Assembly: GCA_964552445.1 (NCBI GenBank)
Contig: CAZKHF010000001.1
Span: 25,154 to 89,153, forward strand
Length of the DNA: 64,000 nt
Source of the DNA: an uncultured Bradyrhizobium sp.
GTDB taxonomy: Bacteria; Pseudomonadota; Alphaproteobacteria; Rhizobiales; Beijerinckiaceae
Reading direction: 5' to 3'
This document shows, piece after piece, positions 36,001 to 38,029 of this stretch. Both the position numbers and the translations under genes were made by a program. Within the stretch, counting starts at the first letter, position 1; every line of letters begins with the position of its first letter. Below the pieces are notes generated by a model. It searched no databases. It was not told the DNA's origin and worked only from the letters and a program-made list of their open reading frames with translations.

Positions 36001-37896
36001 GACCAGCGTCGACCGGCTGACGACCGCGTGCGCGTCCAGCGCGTTGACGACCAGCGCGCCGCCGACCACGGGAAGCTGGAAATTCGACGGGACCGAAAGC
36101 GTGGCGGTCAAATTGGTGACGTCGGCGGCGGACAGGATGACCGCCTCGCCCGTCGTTCCAATCGTCGACCCGCCGTTCTGCACGATCCTCGCGGCGGGAT
36201 CGACGGCGACCTCGGTCAGGTTGGTGATCGTCGGCGTGACAGTCACGAAATTGCCGAAGCCGAGCGTGTTGTCGCCCAGGTTGGGCGCGTCGATCGTCGC
36301 GTTGAAGGTGGTGCTGGCCTCGACGTCCACCGTCGCGCCGGAGAGCGCAGCGGCAGATTCAATATTGATCTTCGCGGTGTCGGCCGCCGTCAGGACGCCG
36401 GAGGTGAAATCCGAGCCGTCCCCCATGGTGATGCTATCGTTCTGGCTGACGGTGGCGTACGCGCTCAGCGCGCCGCTCGCGTCCACCGCGCCGTCGATCG
36501 TGATCGTCGCGCTGGCTTCGGTGACGATCGACGCGCTCGTAAGCTCGACGCCCGCGTTGGGCGCGGCCGCCGCGCCGCCGATCGAGGTCGCCTCGAGCTC
36601 GATCGCGCCGCCGTCGATCGCGCTGTGCGATTGCAAAGTGACGCTCGCGTCCGCTGCGAGCGGGGCGCCCGTCGCCCCAATGGCCACCGCCGCATCGGTG
36701 GAGTCGGTCGCGTTCGCCGTCGCCGTCGCATCGAGCGTGACCGCTCCGCCGGTCAAAGTGACGCCGCTGTCGACCGTGATCGACTGCGCGCTGGCGGAAA
36801 GGCCGGACGTGTCAGTGAGATTGCCGGCAAATTCGATCGAGGCGCCGGTTCCGTCGATGTTCAAAGCCGAGCCGGCGGCGACCGAACTGAAGTTGAACGC
36901 GTCCACTTTCAGCGTGTCGCCAATCCCAAGCGTCAGTTCGAACGCGCTGCCGGCGGTCGGCTGAACCAGCGTCGTCGTAAAGGAGGAGCCGCCGGTCGGC
37001 GCGATCTGAAGTTCGCCGCCGCTCGTCGACAGCTCCGCGTGGACGCCCGCGCCCAATGTGTCGAGCGAGAAACTGGTGGGGTCGCCGATATTCAACAGCC
37101 CCAAGTCAGCGTAGCTGAACGCCTGGCCGTCGAGCGTGACGGTCCCGGACCCTGGCGTCGCGCCCAGCGTCTCGACCGCCGATTGATGCGGGCCGTTGTC
37201 GAAAACCAGCGCATTGCCCCCGCCGGCGCCGCCGTCGAATACGCCCGACAGCGCGCCGCCGTTCTCGACCGTAAGCGTGTTGGCGCCGCCGTCTCCCGTC
37301 AGATTGCCGACGTTCTGGAACGACAGATTGACGCCGCCGCCGCTCGCCGTTCCCGCGTTCGCGCCGGTCAACGTCCACTGGGCGCCCGAGGCGCTGTCGA
37401 AGATGACGGTGTTTTGTCCGGCGCCGCCGTCGAAGGAGATCTTCGGCGCCGCGACGCCGGCGAAGGATTTGGCGTCGATCGTCAACGTATCGTCGCCTGC
37501 GCCGGAGTCGGTGATCGAGATCGCCGAAATCTCCGCAAGGTCGCCGAACGCCAGCACGGCGCCGCCGTTGCTCTGATCGACGACTTGCACGCGCTGCACC
37601 GTGACCGTCTGGGCGTCGACCTGCTCGGTCTGCTGAGCCAATTGCACGATGAGGCTGTGGTCGAGCGGCGGCGCGCCGAGGTCGTGCGCCAGATTGACGG
37701 CGAGGACGTCGGCGTTCAGCAGCAGGCGGGGCTCAAGCGGATCGAAGGCCAATCGCGCGCGGGACGCGCTCGCTCGCGCCGCTCTGGCCGAGTCTCGCCA
37801 AAACCAATGCAAGGGAGCGCGCCGGCGACGCGACTTTTTCGGAGCGCTCTTGGCGGGCGGCCCGAACAGGCCCACGGATTGAAACGGGAAAGCCAT
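1..37896 (-). CDS. Giant LEPR-XLL-domain, RTX-repeat, beta-helical adhesin-like secreted protein (>=12,632 aa; 3' end beyond window start)
   Basis: ATG at 37896 after GGAAAGG, with an in-frame TGA upstream at 37969-37971. N-terminus MAFPFQSVGLFGPPAKSAPKKSRRRRAP...LAFDPLEPRLLLNADVL contains LEPR-XLL. The same frame reads as coherent G/A/S/T/V/D/N-rich protein at spot checks (35761, 30001, 20281, 12001, 2821) and at position 1 (...GYDQISGGWGFNAITGGRGVNVVAFDRATDTFISTGGTN). The ORF track lists no minus ORF in this frame, as expected if no stop occurs in the window. Confidence 0.93.
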   Translation of the reverse strand, partial: MAFPFQSVGLFGPPAKSAPKKSRRRRAPLHWFWRDSARAARASASRARLAFDPLEPRLLLNADVLAVNLAHDLGAPPLDHSLIVQLAQQTEQVDAQTVTVQRVQVVDQSNGGAVLAFGDLAEISAISITDSGAGDDTLTIDAKSFAGVAAPKISFDGGAGQNTVIFDSASGAQWTLTGANAGTASGGGVNLSFQNVGNLTGDGGANTLTVENGGALSGVFDGGAGGGNALVFDNGPHQSAVETLGATPGSGTVTLDGQAFSYADLGLLNIGDPTSFSLDTLGAGVHAELSTSGGELQIAPTGGSSFTTTLVQPTAGSAFELTLGIGDTLKVDAFNFSSVAAGSALNIDGTGASIEFAGNLTDTSGLSASAQSITVDSGVTLTGGAVTLDATATANATDSTDAAVAIGATGAPLAADASVTLQSHSAIDGGAIELEATSIGGAAAAPNAGVELTSASIVTEASATITIDGAVDASGALSAYATVSQNDSITMGDGSDFTSGVLTAADTAKINIESAAALSGATVDVEASTTFNATIDAPNLGDNTLGFGNFVTVTPTITNLTEVAVDPAARIVQNGGSTIGTTGEAVILSAADVTNLTATLSVPSNFQLPVVGGALVVNALDAHAVVSRSTLVVVGNADATSLSSGETPIDAAGAVQISATSGGAIALAETSTGLGSVEIDASSGGVGADGRSVSEGDVTIAEIAGVTVDTGTLSLSATSATDYSATGHILTTDVVGETDALLAWDSVAASSGGASVAATDSSAVTAQATSYDFGSNQYTGGADLYIAASSAINQVNKAITASVSETTINAAGTVLVEAMDEIQVIATAATESLSSTLDLSAVAFSGTYVNNNVLGAVSALVANSAITTTEAGDVEVQAGDTSIVDARAQAGTSTGLSGTSSGGVGPGGGVGGAIAVNTIGWKATQALGLDTIDDLLGTNFFDEQAAPVQAKVTDSAIAAAGALLVAAVGEGMVNATVSNTVRSGQTSTCYTSVSGSAGGVLATNKVGRSAVATIDNADTPNVVVKAGTNVTVKATDAATINSNVKIVTSSISASDGGLQYPNEILSLALPYTYLSTDGSAVPNFDDQVELAATYDTSLGLFGDSASKFENVAVGDIVHVVAGSPADTGEGDSLYRYIGSNPGLMDLETADYTNTADWAPVQGALGAIYQFLGASGGAKLSTYDNYNDLNYWKEDVEFQLTPTGINLKPDYSFDVGGAVVLNDIHGGASATIVSANVTALAGNIAVLASEKATLTAVNDNSGVSSGSSEFGTGMSLAVDATIATNVVLASALAAVTSSELTAEGAGVGAVTLDAEDIASLTATTEQATTSDGVTVGALLAFNTVGWADDNVLYDTIDDLVGTVLGSAQPADVEAFLTGTTVNATGALALTANDSASINATTGNDATAAITAFYNANVASYDIILASSMVDGEAHAYISGGTTKAASIALSAKDSASIVSTTALVGESSVTNNLGAGIINGIADDVANEILGSYQYTEDSGTQTLSLGDMVRAANGTIYKYYGPDNSSVDLATANFNDDGLWQALNTFTLIPSNVARYLVKAIGQKTGDANAWGGLIARNDVRSDVAAYIASTSEAAATAGAVTLMASDSASINAQDSSDVVAKGGVSGVAVTNMALSGSHAYILDSTVTQAGTGAVTLTADDQSSIKAVAQTTVNGKDAANTALGTGNLGFIVAFNTIGWAPENILGLTVDALVGGDVVSGNTSNDSSTFGTEQPDVAEAYITGSSVTASGAVALSATSGADVTAVDGNETTVSALNDFALMAKYEKTGASAAALLAMNRVAAAADAYIGNSSDKSDTSTVRAASIAVTSNDDAQISATSSIIDSTASSNTLAAVTSYIEQFLPSFNFTTESGSQILTPGSTLVYIPTAKGDYTGGGNPGGLYLYIGANKTTPVDLGAADYADTSNWQQLSSATVADDILNSLAPQIGNLTASSARAVGGDIVYNEVVGSAQSMVYAGVQLTATAGAIALTATEAAQLDAEVTSNISSSGGGTFGAGTVVSANGQAATNVVQSHATAMAEQATLTASGDVTVEATNSQILDARVHAAAQTSGGGAQSAYSISLAFNSVGWVPENILENAIDALIDDPSASAAFGGADPSDTVAAIVDTPVVAGGDVTVSAVDLAQINATMSNAAESVNSALYISNLEDKDRATGGNFGGLLASNKVNGTAKAYIDETGLSQSSPNVQAGGGVSVTANDKSQIYSNVKMVDASTVSSDGAAILQSALNDVVPADFTTGADTGATTALTFGDTVRLAPTYGAATYADTDPIVADLKPYQTASFTTTTVSSGVTTITNPVYSYVGPEASNVDLQTFNPTNDPSDWVLVGGEASGVYEYMGTAANLDLNAQNYNNLELWKPVGATQLVPQGVNITASAAGANSGVIVLNDDRGGANAYVTNANLRTATSPAGVVNPNAANSNIVVQAIEDATVSAIADNSASATGTDIFGSKDATAVAATVTIATNTILTSSDAAVSDSTLTADGSGDVTVDAENTSALTANTEQATTSSGKSYDVLLAFNTVGWTPSNVDVLAQAFNALITTSFGSSDPSTDQASITDSTIDASGALSVTATDSASITANLSNDATSAFTGLFDGNAQVIGGALASNMVNGTAEAFITGGTTSAASIDVAAKDTSSIISTTALASEASVTNNLGASLLNKFVGQVLDSYEYTDQSGVQTLSLGNMVRAANGTVYEYYGPDDTSVDLGQTQALTNAGAAQGSFKDLGLWKPVQALTLFPTNAGKDLVKLLGKSTGTANATAWLVARNDVRGPVEAYIANSTSVAATAGAVTILAQDVATLNANDSSDVVGKGGGSYVFVTNLVLAGAQAYILASAVTQEGAGGVALSANNSSSITATSETQVVGSDGANILPTDDKGKFAIGNLGVIAAFNSVGYAAANILENTIDAILGDTVWGTAFPDDADAFIQDSTVTAAGAVALTALSSSTITATTGDELTVTANNDVALPDGTLNIFDGKDAGKAAKFGKTGSSAGALLAMNRVAGSAHAYIDGSSSKTPSKVTGASVTLSATDTASMTSMSQADDATNTTDTLNALTSLVEGLTADTFDYTAESGSRSLTAGQLVYVPTYYANGGAGGTYEYIGGGTSPINLGTQDYATDTADWQLQSPSLLVNALLPSIGNLTDSNSTSIGGQIVFNEVSGSAISEVDAGSVIKAAGGNIAIAANEAATMVAAEISNVASSGGSAFGSGKVLAANGQAATNVVLSTAQAFAVGASLTASGDVDVDAQDNQQMTATVLGSSTTTGGGAQSSYSASLAFNSVGWQAQNLLFNTIDALIGDPAVASAFTNAEPADTLAYIQNSAVEAGGDVTVDAVSAAQINATLSNAADSTSSALYGSNKADNSSLAFGALLASNKVNGSADAYIDESNLDPSLLASPTTPDVDAGRKVSVTANDASGVYSNITLVSSAITTTDGGASVLQNSLDELEPSDYTTTPDGTGQTTIRSLNYGDTVRLLADFSIAAGSAKLVTGSLVNDNGEVYRYLGGASKPTSVDLLAQDYANDPTLWQLVGQENAVYEYMGASTTGAGVDLHAQNYTDAGFWKSELITQVIPQGNNISGSNAVSVGASITLNDVQGGAGAWVTNATLSAVGEVTVTATEAATLSAMNDSDVVMDGGSFIDGSGTTEAANGVVATNTVQDSSSAYISGSTIDVSAGGLDVEADDTATFTATDDATVTSGGNGYAGQLAFNSIGYSGLNVLYSLLDSLLDPTLLGKQNPASVTAYLRSTSATASGDIDVRADDTATMTATTSNETTSSFTALEGTNTMAVSATIGTNMLSDSALAYIDNSATPSDVVKSTGGAVSVTANDGTSILANDILVASATAVNNYGLSLAANLAQQLLNDYQYTNESGVVTILPGEEVLPVAEISNQSGSATPQPETLATGALVGVIPPANDVGAKTQIYQYIGAAGTVDLSTQDYASNSADWRLIGDAGDVYAFVGTAAQGTGVNLGTTNYADSSLWRDQTTSPVDTVLSFLSTLSLSATNAVAGGGLLVNNFVSGSVQADVAGGSVSSAGNINIGATRTGSISATNTSDVSSSANSPLAGGNSLAVNAAIALNSILETTSAYASDTSLTSSAGSVDVEASSTAAISADMDATSESNGSAVGVVLAFNTIGIADSNILFDTIDGLFGADLASEQADQVDAYISDTPVSADAGILVEATNSSQIASTVTNAITNLYQMGFSVGATIAFNRVASGTDAYIDNTADPAFAVTTTSGDIDILATDTGATIDATTATPVIKIGVGFTTQTSTGNTSIGLTIVRNIVESNIAAYAQNVSNLETHDGDIEIIASQATGISAMASFAAIAVGASVSSANGVAGGGAVAINTILGSVEAYTQAATATALASGTVPGDIAISATDSSQIGAQVTGLSVAANISAEASNVVAIGAAVAVNLIGWRGTVADETEDSDDPIVVSAYANEGSLTAHGAVSVTSDSTAVINALTAAVSVAIAASSGSGGNGGGSETQGTGKGDETTQEPTSAATEGEGSTTTTTGSGSSATTTTTPTDTGNANGTTVNAGTDNAGGAETNQAEKSGAAAGQAGNTASKTTGAAQGSTTSTSTGFGAGGGILIGLGGVVSSALSGSTTPPTYQTAPDKGESTEVRTVNNGDTVEIAAGYDTPTYNVAQGAETLATGDTVEASDGTVYRYLGASATVDLASANFSQTSLWAKVAGTIGAVYTYIGQSDASLDLYNQDYTNTALWQAGTNGDSGGSGTATAAGSAISTLGAGLGFLTGTTTSTTPASTPTSPTKPAAAPTETPATTPTTPPATSKSATNPTSTSNPSEPATPKTATKQPQGESGSEESGSGEGESTFGFSAAGVYTENKIAVGVTATVENTAKVVTGAGASGGLDVAADDAAQINSLDGAAAVTADFSGTSSKSVTIGIGIARNTIQDTVQASIESAGQIAATGAPVTVSATENASIQATSLAASLSIAAGGENGLGVAGGGSLADNLIGAFATASVTNSTIGAAGAAVGAFSVTATDSATIDALVAAVSGTASFGGEDSTAVSIGASLAHNRVGDGTDTGSGEVTAWVSGASINSGAVDVAATSSETVDSTVAAAAVALSGGGESDVGVTGAGAFAFNEVAVAVNAMVDGGGGGSSDAPTYDIASTGTTVAAEDTSTIDAIVAAGSIAGGFGGENSTNVSIGVSFARNSITDPVAAVIANVPTLTTAGGAVSVTAVEGGSIEALSAAVAISAALGGENGIAVAGGGALAANFIDATTYAYIYDSNLGTSGNQVGTVTVTATDQSAISAAITAIAATAGLAGETGVGVAIGVSLAYNEIGDATGFGSGAVSAFISGSSIVSNGGVDVAATSKGTIAASTVAVAAALSGGGETGVGVAGAGVAVMNTIAVAVSAYIDGGGAHSIAADGAVAVAASDAATITSTAGAAAVSAAFAGETGVAVAIGLSIAANIISDPVTSYISGVTSLKTSGGAVGVTAKEDATIHATSVAAAISLAIGGETGVAVSGGGATAENLIGAATSAYIKNSTLGASGDAVGAVTVTANDDSDIEALVAAVAASVSFGGDAGVGVAIGVAYAHNLIGDGTETGAGEVKAYISDAPIVSDGLVDVEAHASEKIDATTLAGAVALSGGGTAGVGVSGAGVGVINQSDVAISAYINGGGDSIASGGVTVAASDTSNINAIAGAASLAGGFAGTAGVAVAIGLSVATNTITDPVTAYITDVSSLTTSGGDVSVTAVEGADIEASSVAAAVSLAIGGTAGVAVSGGGATADNFIEAMSEAYISSSSLGTSTNKVGAVTVTSNDTSTIEALVAAVAASVSFGGAAGVGVAVGVSLALNQITDGTLTGVGAVEAYVLDTPIEGSGLVDVEAHSDQTINAATAAGAAAITGGGAAGVGVTAAGVADFNDIAVAVTAYVDEGGDSIASGGLTVAASDTSGISAAVGAASVAGGFGGAAGVAVAVGLSIARNTIGDNVAAYVAYVASLTTDGGAISVTADESADISATAVTASFTAGGAGAAGVAVSGGGAAAENIITSDTQAYISDSSLGSTSNEVGAITVMATDGGTIDALIAAVSATAGIGGAAGVGVSVGAAFAHNSISDSSVDGYFGMGRVFAYVADTPIVATGRLAVAATSSETIDANVAAAAVALTGGGAAGVGVGFAGAISLNEISVATHAYIDGGADVAAGSVSVAAADSASMISNVGTATIAGGFGGAAGVAVTISLSIARNAIDDDVAAYVTGVGLLTTGGGALGVTASESADIFATATTASVTVSIGGAAGVSVSGGGATAENLIASSTEAYISDSTLGDSSGEVGAIAVSASDDGTIDALIAAVSVAAGGGGAAGVGVSIGAGLAHNRISDSLYGTGQVFAYIAGSSILASGATSVTATSSEGISALVAAGGAALEGSGVAAVSVTFAGALGFNEIQVATEAYVDGGGSATIASTGLSVAATDSANITAGVGAATVGVALAGIAGVPISISLSVARNTIEDDQKAYIAGLASLTTGDGAVSAEASEAATINAGAVAAALTVSFGLAAGVSVSGAATTAENLIEANVDAYIANSSIGGAGAVTVEGSDTSTINAIVDAASAAVAGGIAGVGVAVGAALAHNAIGDGSTGETAPGSVTADISDTAIDASGALSVKTITGETIEAEVGSLAAAISGGLVGVSVSAAGAAALNDIGLNINAYIDGDAVSSSAAQKGIEAASVSVSGDDASSNTAIVDTTAITASFGAVGVAASVGISQATNQIADNMEVYIENAGDGVKATSSSVSVSAREAATINADASAAAVALSGSGLSFSLSGAGVEATNVILDDTNAYLSGSRIAAHTDVTVSADASATINANVMAASAAAAFGVEADAAALGASVAENFIGYTGLGVCEPDQVEAYSTGTSISAGGNFNETASDSSTINADVAAAAVVVTIALGGDSVSGAGAEATNMIAVDTEATVSGSGSSGVNAGAIDLAATDTSAITAFVGAASLAATIGLGAGQAIGASLAVDGVDNLVQASIADADVITSGATTIDASEDASITATSVAATFSAGIVAVSGGGAVAANTIDTTTSAFVESSALTVGGLDIDAQDTSTAGAVTGAASIAAGFISLAMGGSVATDTIANGVSAYVDASTVNAGGGAVTVEASAQPEGDANAQGVTAGALAVGASVAVVKATPTVSATVGGAITAGSLSIIADLLLPSDGKPAANAEAGGSVGGLIGVVATSATTTNTDTVTAGIGEKSDLADAAGMVVTIAGALLIAANGETWQDSSSSDVAAGLIAGGAAQASATATSNTKAAIGGSAKVTAGTAQINAKGDDDNFAYTAAGSGGVLAGAAAAPSTTINATTDASVGAGAVVDVTGGTITSAFGISAAHTSTVDTQVVANSYGLLSGAGAVAVNNVNSNVTDALDGSVAALSIVGAAVNDFDRPALGDDVDDIGGDTGGLASAAGATDTTTINFTTLVDVGAAAVLNVFGAFADAGALSLSALNDFRGYDQVTLKTGGALAGAAADATIQTGADIAEVDVQSGATLTSIGKVELAADGGASLETQDNTDTYGAVTAAVADSDIDIRPDNEIVIGAVGSSSATTITCYGDLDLTTGEDVNFNMDSYTLHAYTDAYAGALIPLSSVDAHAFVVQTNAITVNADATLATGGSANLLANSVGFATVVAQAKSTSWASDLAGGILSLTGGNAANEFNGVAFEVSHGIVEVDGAIKTGIASNVDVTFSYDSEGEVIETVGTNSPTLSFANTTETKSSALYSTYLSTESQLGQYLAIQTSLTANGEDDTTVDGQVAFDEQEIATIESQMEAQGLGETESDGTFVAIGATVQVIDVAAFTAQAGQINLYGDQIQGTGTLYAPTTVNVSIANATASSLQIEGITIPQLIGGVYANGVALTQSSVAAANSVINAMNSNDAATDNEDPASSTDRAVAGVASFASISLAAPPAAPAPNQPAIAFISIANETPVVPAGATITTTPDVIVEGDIIAIEAQLTITSQGDIDINAPLVDVHTQNFVAKNNISISEVQFYASGDPATQLLGSQTGLNALTNSVSTYESTLQQTQFEAETITIQAEYIDLNGALDAGQSDPVLTINPSDIAGQIATIKSEGESGLIPLALPQADDPNGEFTVYYDTANGGSLEVGDVNLAGGMITIKGHVFSTSAAQLSAFGYYGGVTIDNYTTYDLAVKNINAAQPGAGLIDITDYNQTYSGDSAYVLETKYLSTQGGGMTVSTQYVDTLNGEILSGVGGTKSISSDSTQFTLESGLRYNFSVASSSQTTTIDLYYSSNWIGLINLGSGQAGPPQQQTIVTSQPQVLASSLYFYVDANPADENLAYIFTSSTDQTSSTGFQESGHWETSTWYGKHTYYQQFTEVTGQTTISSHSIKADLPVEINFEGGSGSDITVYSPYSSVALLGVLSNVTGDTSITAGGSISEPNTSGSVEGVKVALVAGATIGAKGLPINVVLAGSSGQSLTATTTDGAIYIAAPQTALRINTVTAGGDQAVSLSSFGAMTVASGDTGLITGGDVTLDSGGGVGASNAPIELAIGQAGADQLNLTAAGDVYIEQAEGNLPLFALTTTGVADITVDNGSLVNVNTNVQVDTRTVAELENGVWSELALTGAQAQAKIQATLTEYQSYQQQQYQAYWADRNALVDGVVQMSAADVTYYTGVYAAQAQQQGLTGAAATTFVANAIQTLELSTTQQYYNLAAVFGPGGSYRPGVDNVYDAATNTTVTIDAYDPNVYDPNFTYLLTATEKANLTSSIKVWTSAELLSGISAGLLQTTTSTQSTIEAPNITATNIVIKAANGNIGSLVNPVTNQVGFTPSSPPADGSAAQLALASAQLSDLNFLAAAPAVETVNFGSNSMTLANGASWSGTGLDIQAGDYLYIGGGTTNATENGAYLQVKSVSGSTVTFTQSVEAETGQTILVAPVVVDLGATDESTLASAVAAAQVSFGDVANNGTITLTSGTWGAGYQVGGGIYIQSAADPNGNGASFNAGASNAYYTIAAISADDKTLTLQWGQTLTREGDVTVGVAPVDIDLVNGASNVKYVLISQSRDVAIAPSGTVAATARGFIYIGSQVNLALANVVSTGGEDVRVKTQGDIVNAATSGVNVEGADIVLEAGQSYIGVAGTPVTVDLVDDGSLTARALDDIYIDAPDGDMAIGGVYSASGGVDLVAKGSIYDAMSSDFAKIQANWLELQAGGNIGENSDALHVDIAYGGSFGASGESGDLRALAHSDIDIDQTDGDLYVLDVLSQTGDVTLGAAGSIFNAGNLVNPTNLNSGVKTGVGAQAGANVYANTIALNAGQTQLGGVGSAATAFNIVSAYSAAGTVTATSGGANIYLTEVTGDVSLMSVDAGTAVAFITATVGSIWNGRSDNGQDVYGDMADLIAYGGVGSNSTRSGGLTGRIVGTVNNIEAASTTGNIWIWNIGGVVVGGVAPLSVSPYALYAPEGAINILTSSPLEISEDVLASGPIVKQAGTVAEKDDNLTVDAGVTIQSTGSSITLGAGDNITIDGAPGSTPGAKLEAATSITLNAEDLDAASAGAGGSVDSVAIGSGVVFQAGTSIAINAGDDITIDGASGVVSAAQLTAGTTIVLQAGYLAMPAQFDGDSVTVSLSGSFTAPKFYVYTGGGADDVEFSPAALSTVTYIDTGAGDDTIHVFDMPTVASLATIDSLDGQIPDTVNLDGQDGADAYIIDATVDTNYVINIHDGGALESGLNSLIVNGADTTSGQTFLVRDLFVAILESNGSPTYQRINYDDTITNRLTINGGDVADPATAGDFYYLDGNSAVMTINAGDGMDFFQVGQVYAQSAIGGASGDVGAGIGDGLTTTLTTVGELSDGVDKAAVLYGGAGVDTFQVYSNKADLSLIGGSGDDTFIVRAFLVAAGTHIGVKGGSGNDTIEYNVDAPVDIEGGAGFNTLVLLGTEADDTFVITQNGVFGDGLNISYTNIQAITIDGLEGDNTFYVLGTPQNVVTTLNGGQESTFIVGGDVTGAVISSSTQGASSVTDNSVASLDPNYNGIFVSGLSVAVGGSGGAIIAQQSQSIVHVNDPSSVTSFTVSAPSGLTAGQTAYVNVSPALPSAEWAAEGAAALQVSTDGKNWSSNLTLAFTSATATQTVYMRAAPISANDTYSRNETIVVAASIVAVGGAAASDEALDSLVLPTVKVTLETSATGLIIDQGLAATTIVAGQTTYSYNLSLNKQPVAGQTVTVNLTGANGGALPAGIQLSQSSVTFNSTNWDQPQTITVSSTLTGSHSQQAVDIEQSIGGVDAGDVNLTVAATDTPGVLILQPQGAASVSTSGQTYTYQMVLTSQPTASVTVNLLGDGQTIASSGAAGFDATNQTYTFTTADWNVPVSITLSANANYKATSGGGQSSTPTTDMTFPNQPHTLAQIDGPLIIDGGTELGQPTLTSAVALPYETNNVPVAQSTSQGDGTSAGAIDVLEIYDDGATTGQTGELTTIPSSDFFGAPITFGEYSSGQGDNISGLDLPASNQSITFTNSSTGITTTYEGGISYVNLDAVEVFLGKGDDTFTVDTTAPTFNAVDGLQTLTVIEGGGGANTIDVTASSDPLALYGAESGSGVEYNSAPGAITGNAYAFSNYGDDTINASGATGTVVIVGGPDGDTITGGSGINWIAGGEGGDTIDASGTENYIFGDSSFTVGELVASAIGDSQTIDLASRLLTIDNGLLPMDAGVNGGVQFAGANAITVTGSGASAVFGAYGVIDIAGQSAGVVDPFDSLGATEAITEIASVNTALGGDNHIALGDNDVVIGGAGANTIVVGAVGADVIIGANGEVNYANGVLASVESLDPAHGGDDTITGPGGTAGGSGNSVVIGGVGADTITLGGAGNVVVGDDGQVDFDANGKLASVETLDPGYGGADAITVSGGDNVIFGGAGGNSIAVLGASSGNIIVGHDGYADFAAGVLTQIASADPTDEGYDVITLGDGDNVVIGGSGGSQIVLGALGSDIVVGDNGEASFASGVLTSIESTDPAYGGGDTITGPTVNGKVTAGGSGGSTIIGGGGANTIFIGGAGNTIIGHDGAATFGASGQILTIATQDPTYGVNEANLITVTGGDNVIFGGTGDNTITAQTVATAPSGNVIVGHNGSATFASEPSSATVSTSVLTFLETTNQAYGGENTITTGDGDNVIFGGSGANAITVGDGNSIILGENGEATFAAALASGSVAAGNAAYSRTLTNIATTAELLVSGALTETSNQGLGGTVYGGDNTIKAGAGDNVIIGGLGQNAITTGDGSDVILGESGTAIFNATTGVLMSVYSTYGGAKPGGARGAGTSNNARITLGDGDNVVIGGAGSDAIVLGTGSDAVVGDDGEADFTSGVLTDIYSTDPQYFGDNTITGPTVNGVVTPGGSGLSTIIGGSGANTIFIAGSKNTIVGNDGQVTFSAAGKLVTIATQDPTYGGDNAITVTGGSNVIFGGSGADTITVETQTGGAAPTGNVIVGDNGFASFTNAVLTFIETTDPTYAGKNTIAAGDGDNVIFGGSGADAITVGNGDNLILGDNGEANFTAAGVLTSVVSTDPANGGENTIVVGDKNAPASGRNIVFGGAVADTITIYGNGDNVVLGDDGEADFTNGYLSDVFSTDVTTGGDNRIAIDGNGANVVIGGIGENTIAINGDGDNYVIGVNGCVSFSGGYVAEMYTIAPTATGGGTKDTGANNNDAISVGNGNNVIFGGSGSDTISAGDGNNVIFGDDGEAIFANGVIQSMESTDPSIGGDNTIMAGNGNDLVFGGNGANTITLGGGTDEIVGGNGSAQFSSTGILQAIYSVDPATIPGGTKDTGSSENEVINVGGGDDAVIGGSGSNKITAGDGNDYIIGANGEIQYTIVAGANVVSRAQSTYGLYFGANTIVAGDGVDSIIGGSGSNTITVGNGRDDIVLGHDGEIVQGFNASGGLLLDADGDDHRDIVVEQFGAITGTVALDSLSDAASSMLSSSSNAAALVDANLVLLAGAFNADGSQSILPPAGARTAAAWETEAILLSLVAAANDTITVGSGNDDVVIGEEGDNTITAQGGNDILFGNWASNTEPFVSDIPSIVNAIVVAASNVAQIVVPANGQIVVPLVNLEPSALTNSTPQLAMAPAGFGTLGALAEGGNLALAGSSGGYLTVYASVVPSVMNGSPALPGSNIINGGNGDDIIFGNFGELGALTTTGVADIDAQMEGLSATMLGLLTEYSALATAQDTLAVAQGLFQPFTVISAENNVITVGGGNDTIFANAGDYYVPGVAFAELSGGTLTSSALALDTDLLDMQEVFADMSYVVHEAGQQAIASFAVQEGFSGVFNSTAALRPADFELNLDNNTITVTGNGADLIVGNDAFVIMPGVGTMNTNWATGVSSAALASLNTQLNALENTFDVALKTQLAADHPFTASDSATAQFLFNGGAGIELDIGNETINGGGGNSVLIGGDALILDPVIAPGSSGAANAAALQSEMVTAVDRLFLGAYSVAAATAESWGVTANLAASKAADWSSAGGYVFNGAANSIEIDSDTINSGAGSDHIYGQLAVLLPQLGSSSGLVTSFYAYASGEPGGTSTANYNYVYGFGPFGSLQPWTANVTSKPKYEIDADTIVAGSGDNVIFGEIGDDSITINGNGYDQISGGWGFNAITGGRGVNVVAFDRATDTFISTGGTN
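2300..5900 (-). repeat. Array of ~190-200 bp (~63-66 aa) RTX-like repeats inside the giant CDS
   Basis: Recurring unit approx. NVIFGGSGADTIT..GN.I.G.DG.A.F..G.L..I.T.DP.YGG.NTI..GDG; the DNA motif gccgaagatcacgttg / gccgatgatcacg recurs about every 200 bp. Boundaries approximate. Confidence 0.85.
6800..7900 (-). repeat. About three Ig/Calx-beta-like beta-sandwich modules inside the giant CDS
   Basis: Motifs TYSYNLSLNKQPVAGQTVTVNL...VTFNSTNWDQPQTITV and TYQMVLTSQPTASVTVNL...YTFTTADWNVPVSITL, typical of extender domains in large adhesins. Confidence 0.6.
17400..23350 (-). repeat. Tandem ~775 bp (~258 aa) degenerate repeats, about 7-8 copies, inside the giant CDS
   Basis: The anchor motif for G(A/V)x(L/F/Y)A(H/L/Y)N (e.g. 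gttgtgcgcga) recurs near 18089, 18849, 19627, 20401, 21175, 21955 and 22751, at spacings of 760-796 bp. Confidence 0.85.
23700..34700 (-). repeat. ~1.2 kb repeat units with inserted Tyr/Trp-rich modules, arranged as a ~3.6 kb super-repeat
   Basis: Nine insertion sites of Y(T)...GD.V....G.VY.Y.G....VDL...(D/N)Y.....W modules. QTLSLG(D/N)MVRAANGT(I/V)Y.YYGPD occurs at both ~33370 and ~29790. Confidence 0.8.
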
Positions 37897-37927
37897 CCCA
37901 GCGCCTTTCCAAGCATGTGTCGACGTA

Positions 37928-37960
37928 GCGGCGATCGCGGCGGATCTCGGCGATCGCCGC
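37928..37960. promoter_or_regulatory. GC-rich stem-loop between sapC and the giant CDS
   Basis: Perfect 11-bp inverted repeat gcggcgatcgc-N11-gcgatcgccgc, ~30 nt upstream of the ATG at 37896; no U-tract follows. Confidence 0.45.
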
Positions 37961-38029
37961 GAACGTCGTCACAGAAAGACAGGGCCGTTGAGGGCCTCTT
38001 TCTTGAACTGAGCTCCCTCAGTCTGGGGC

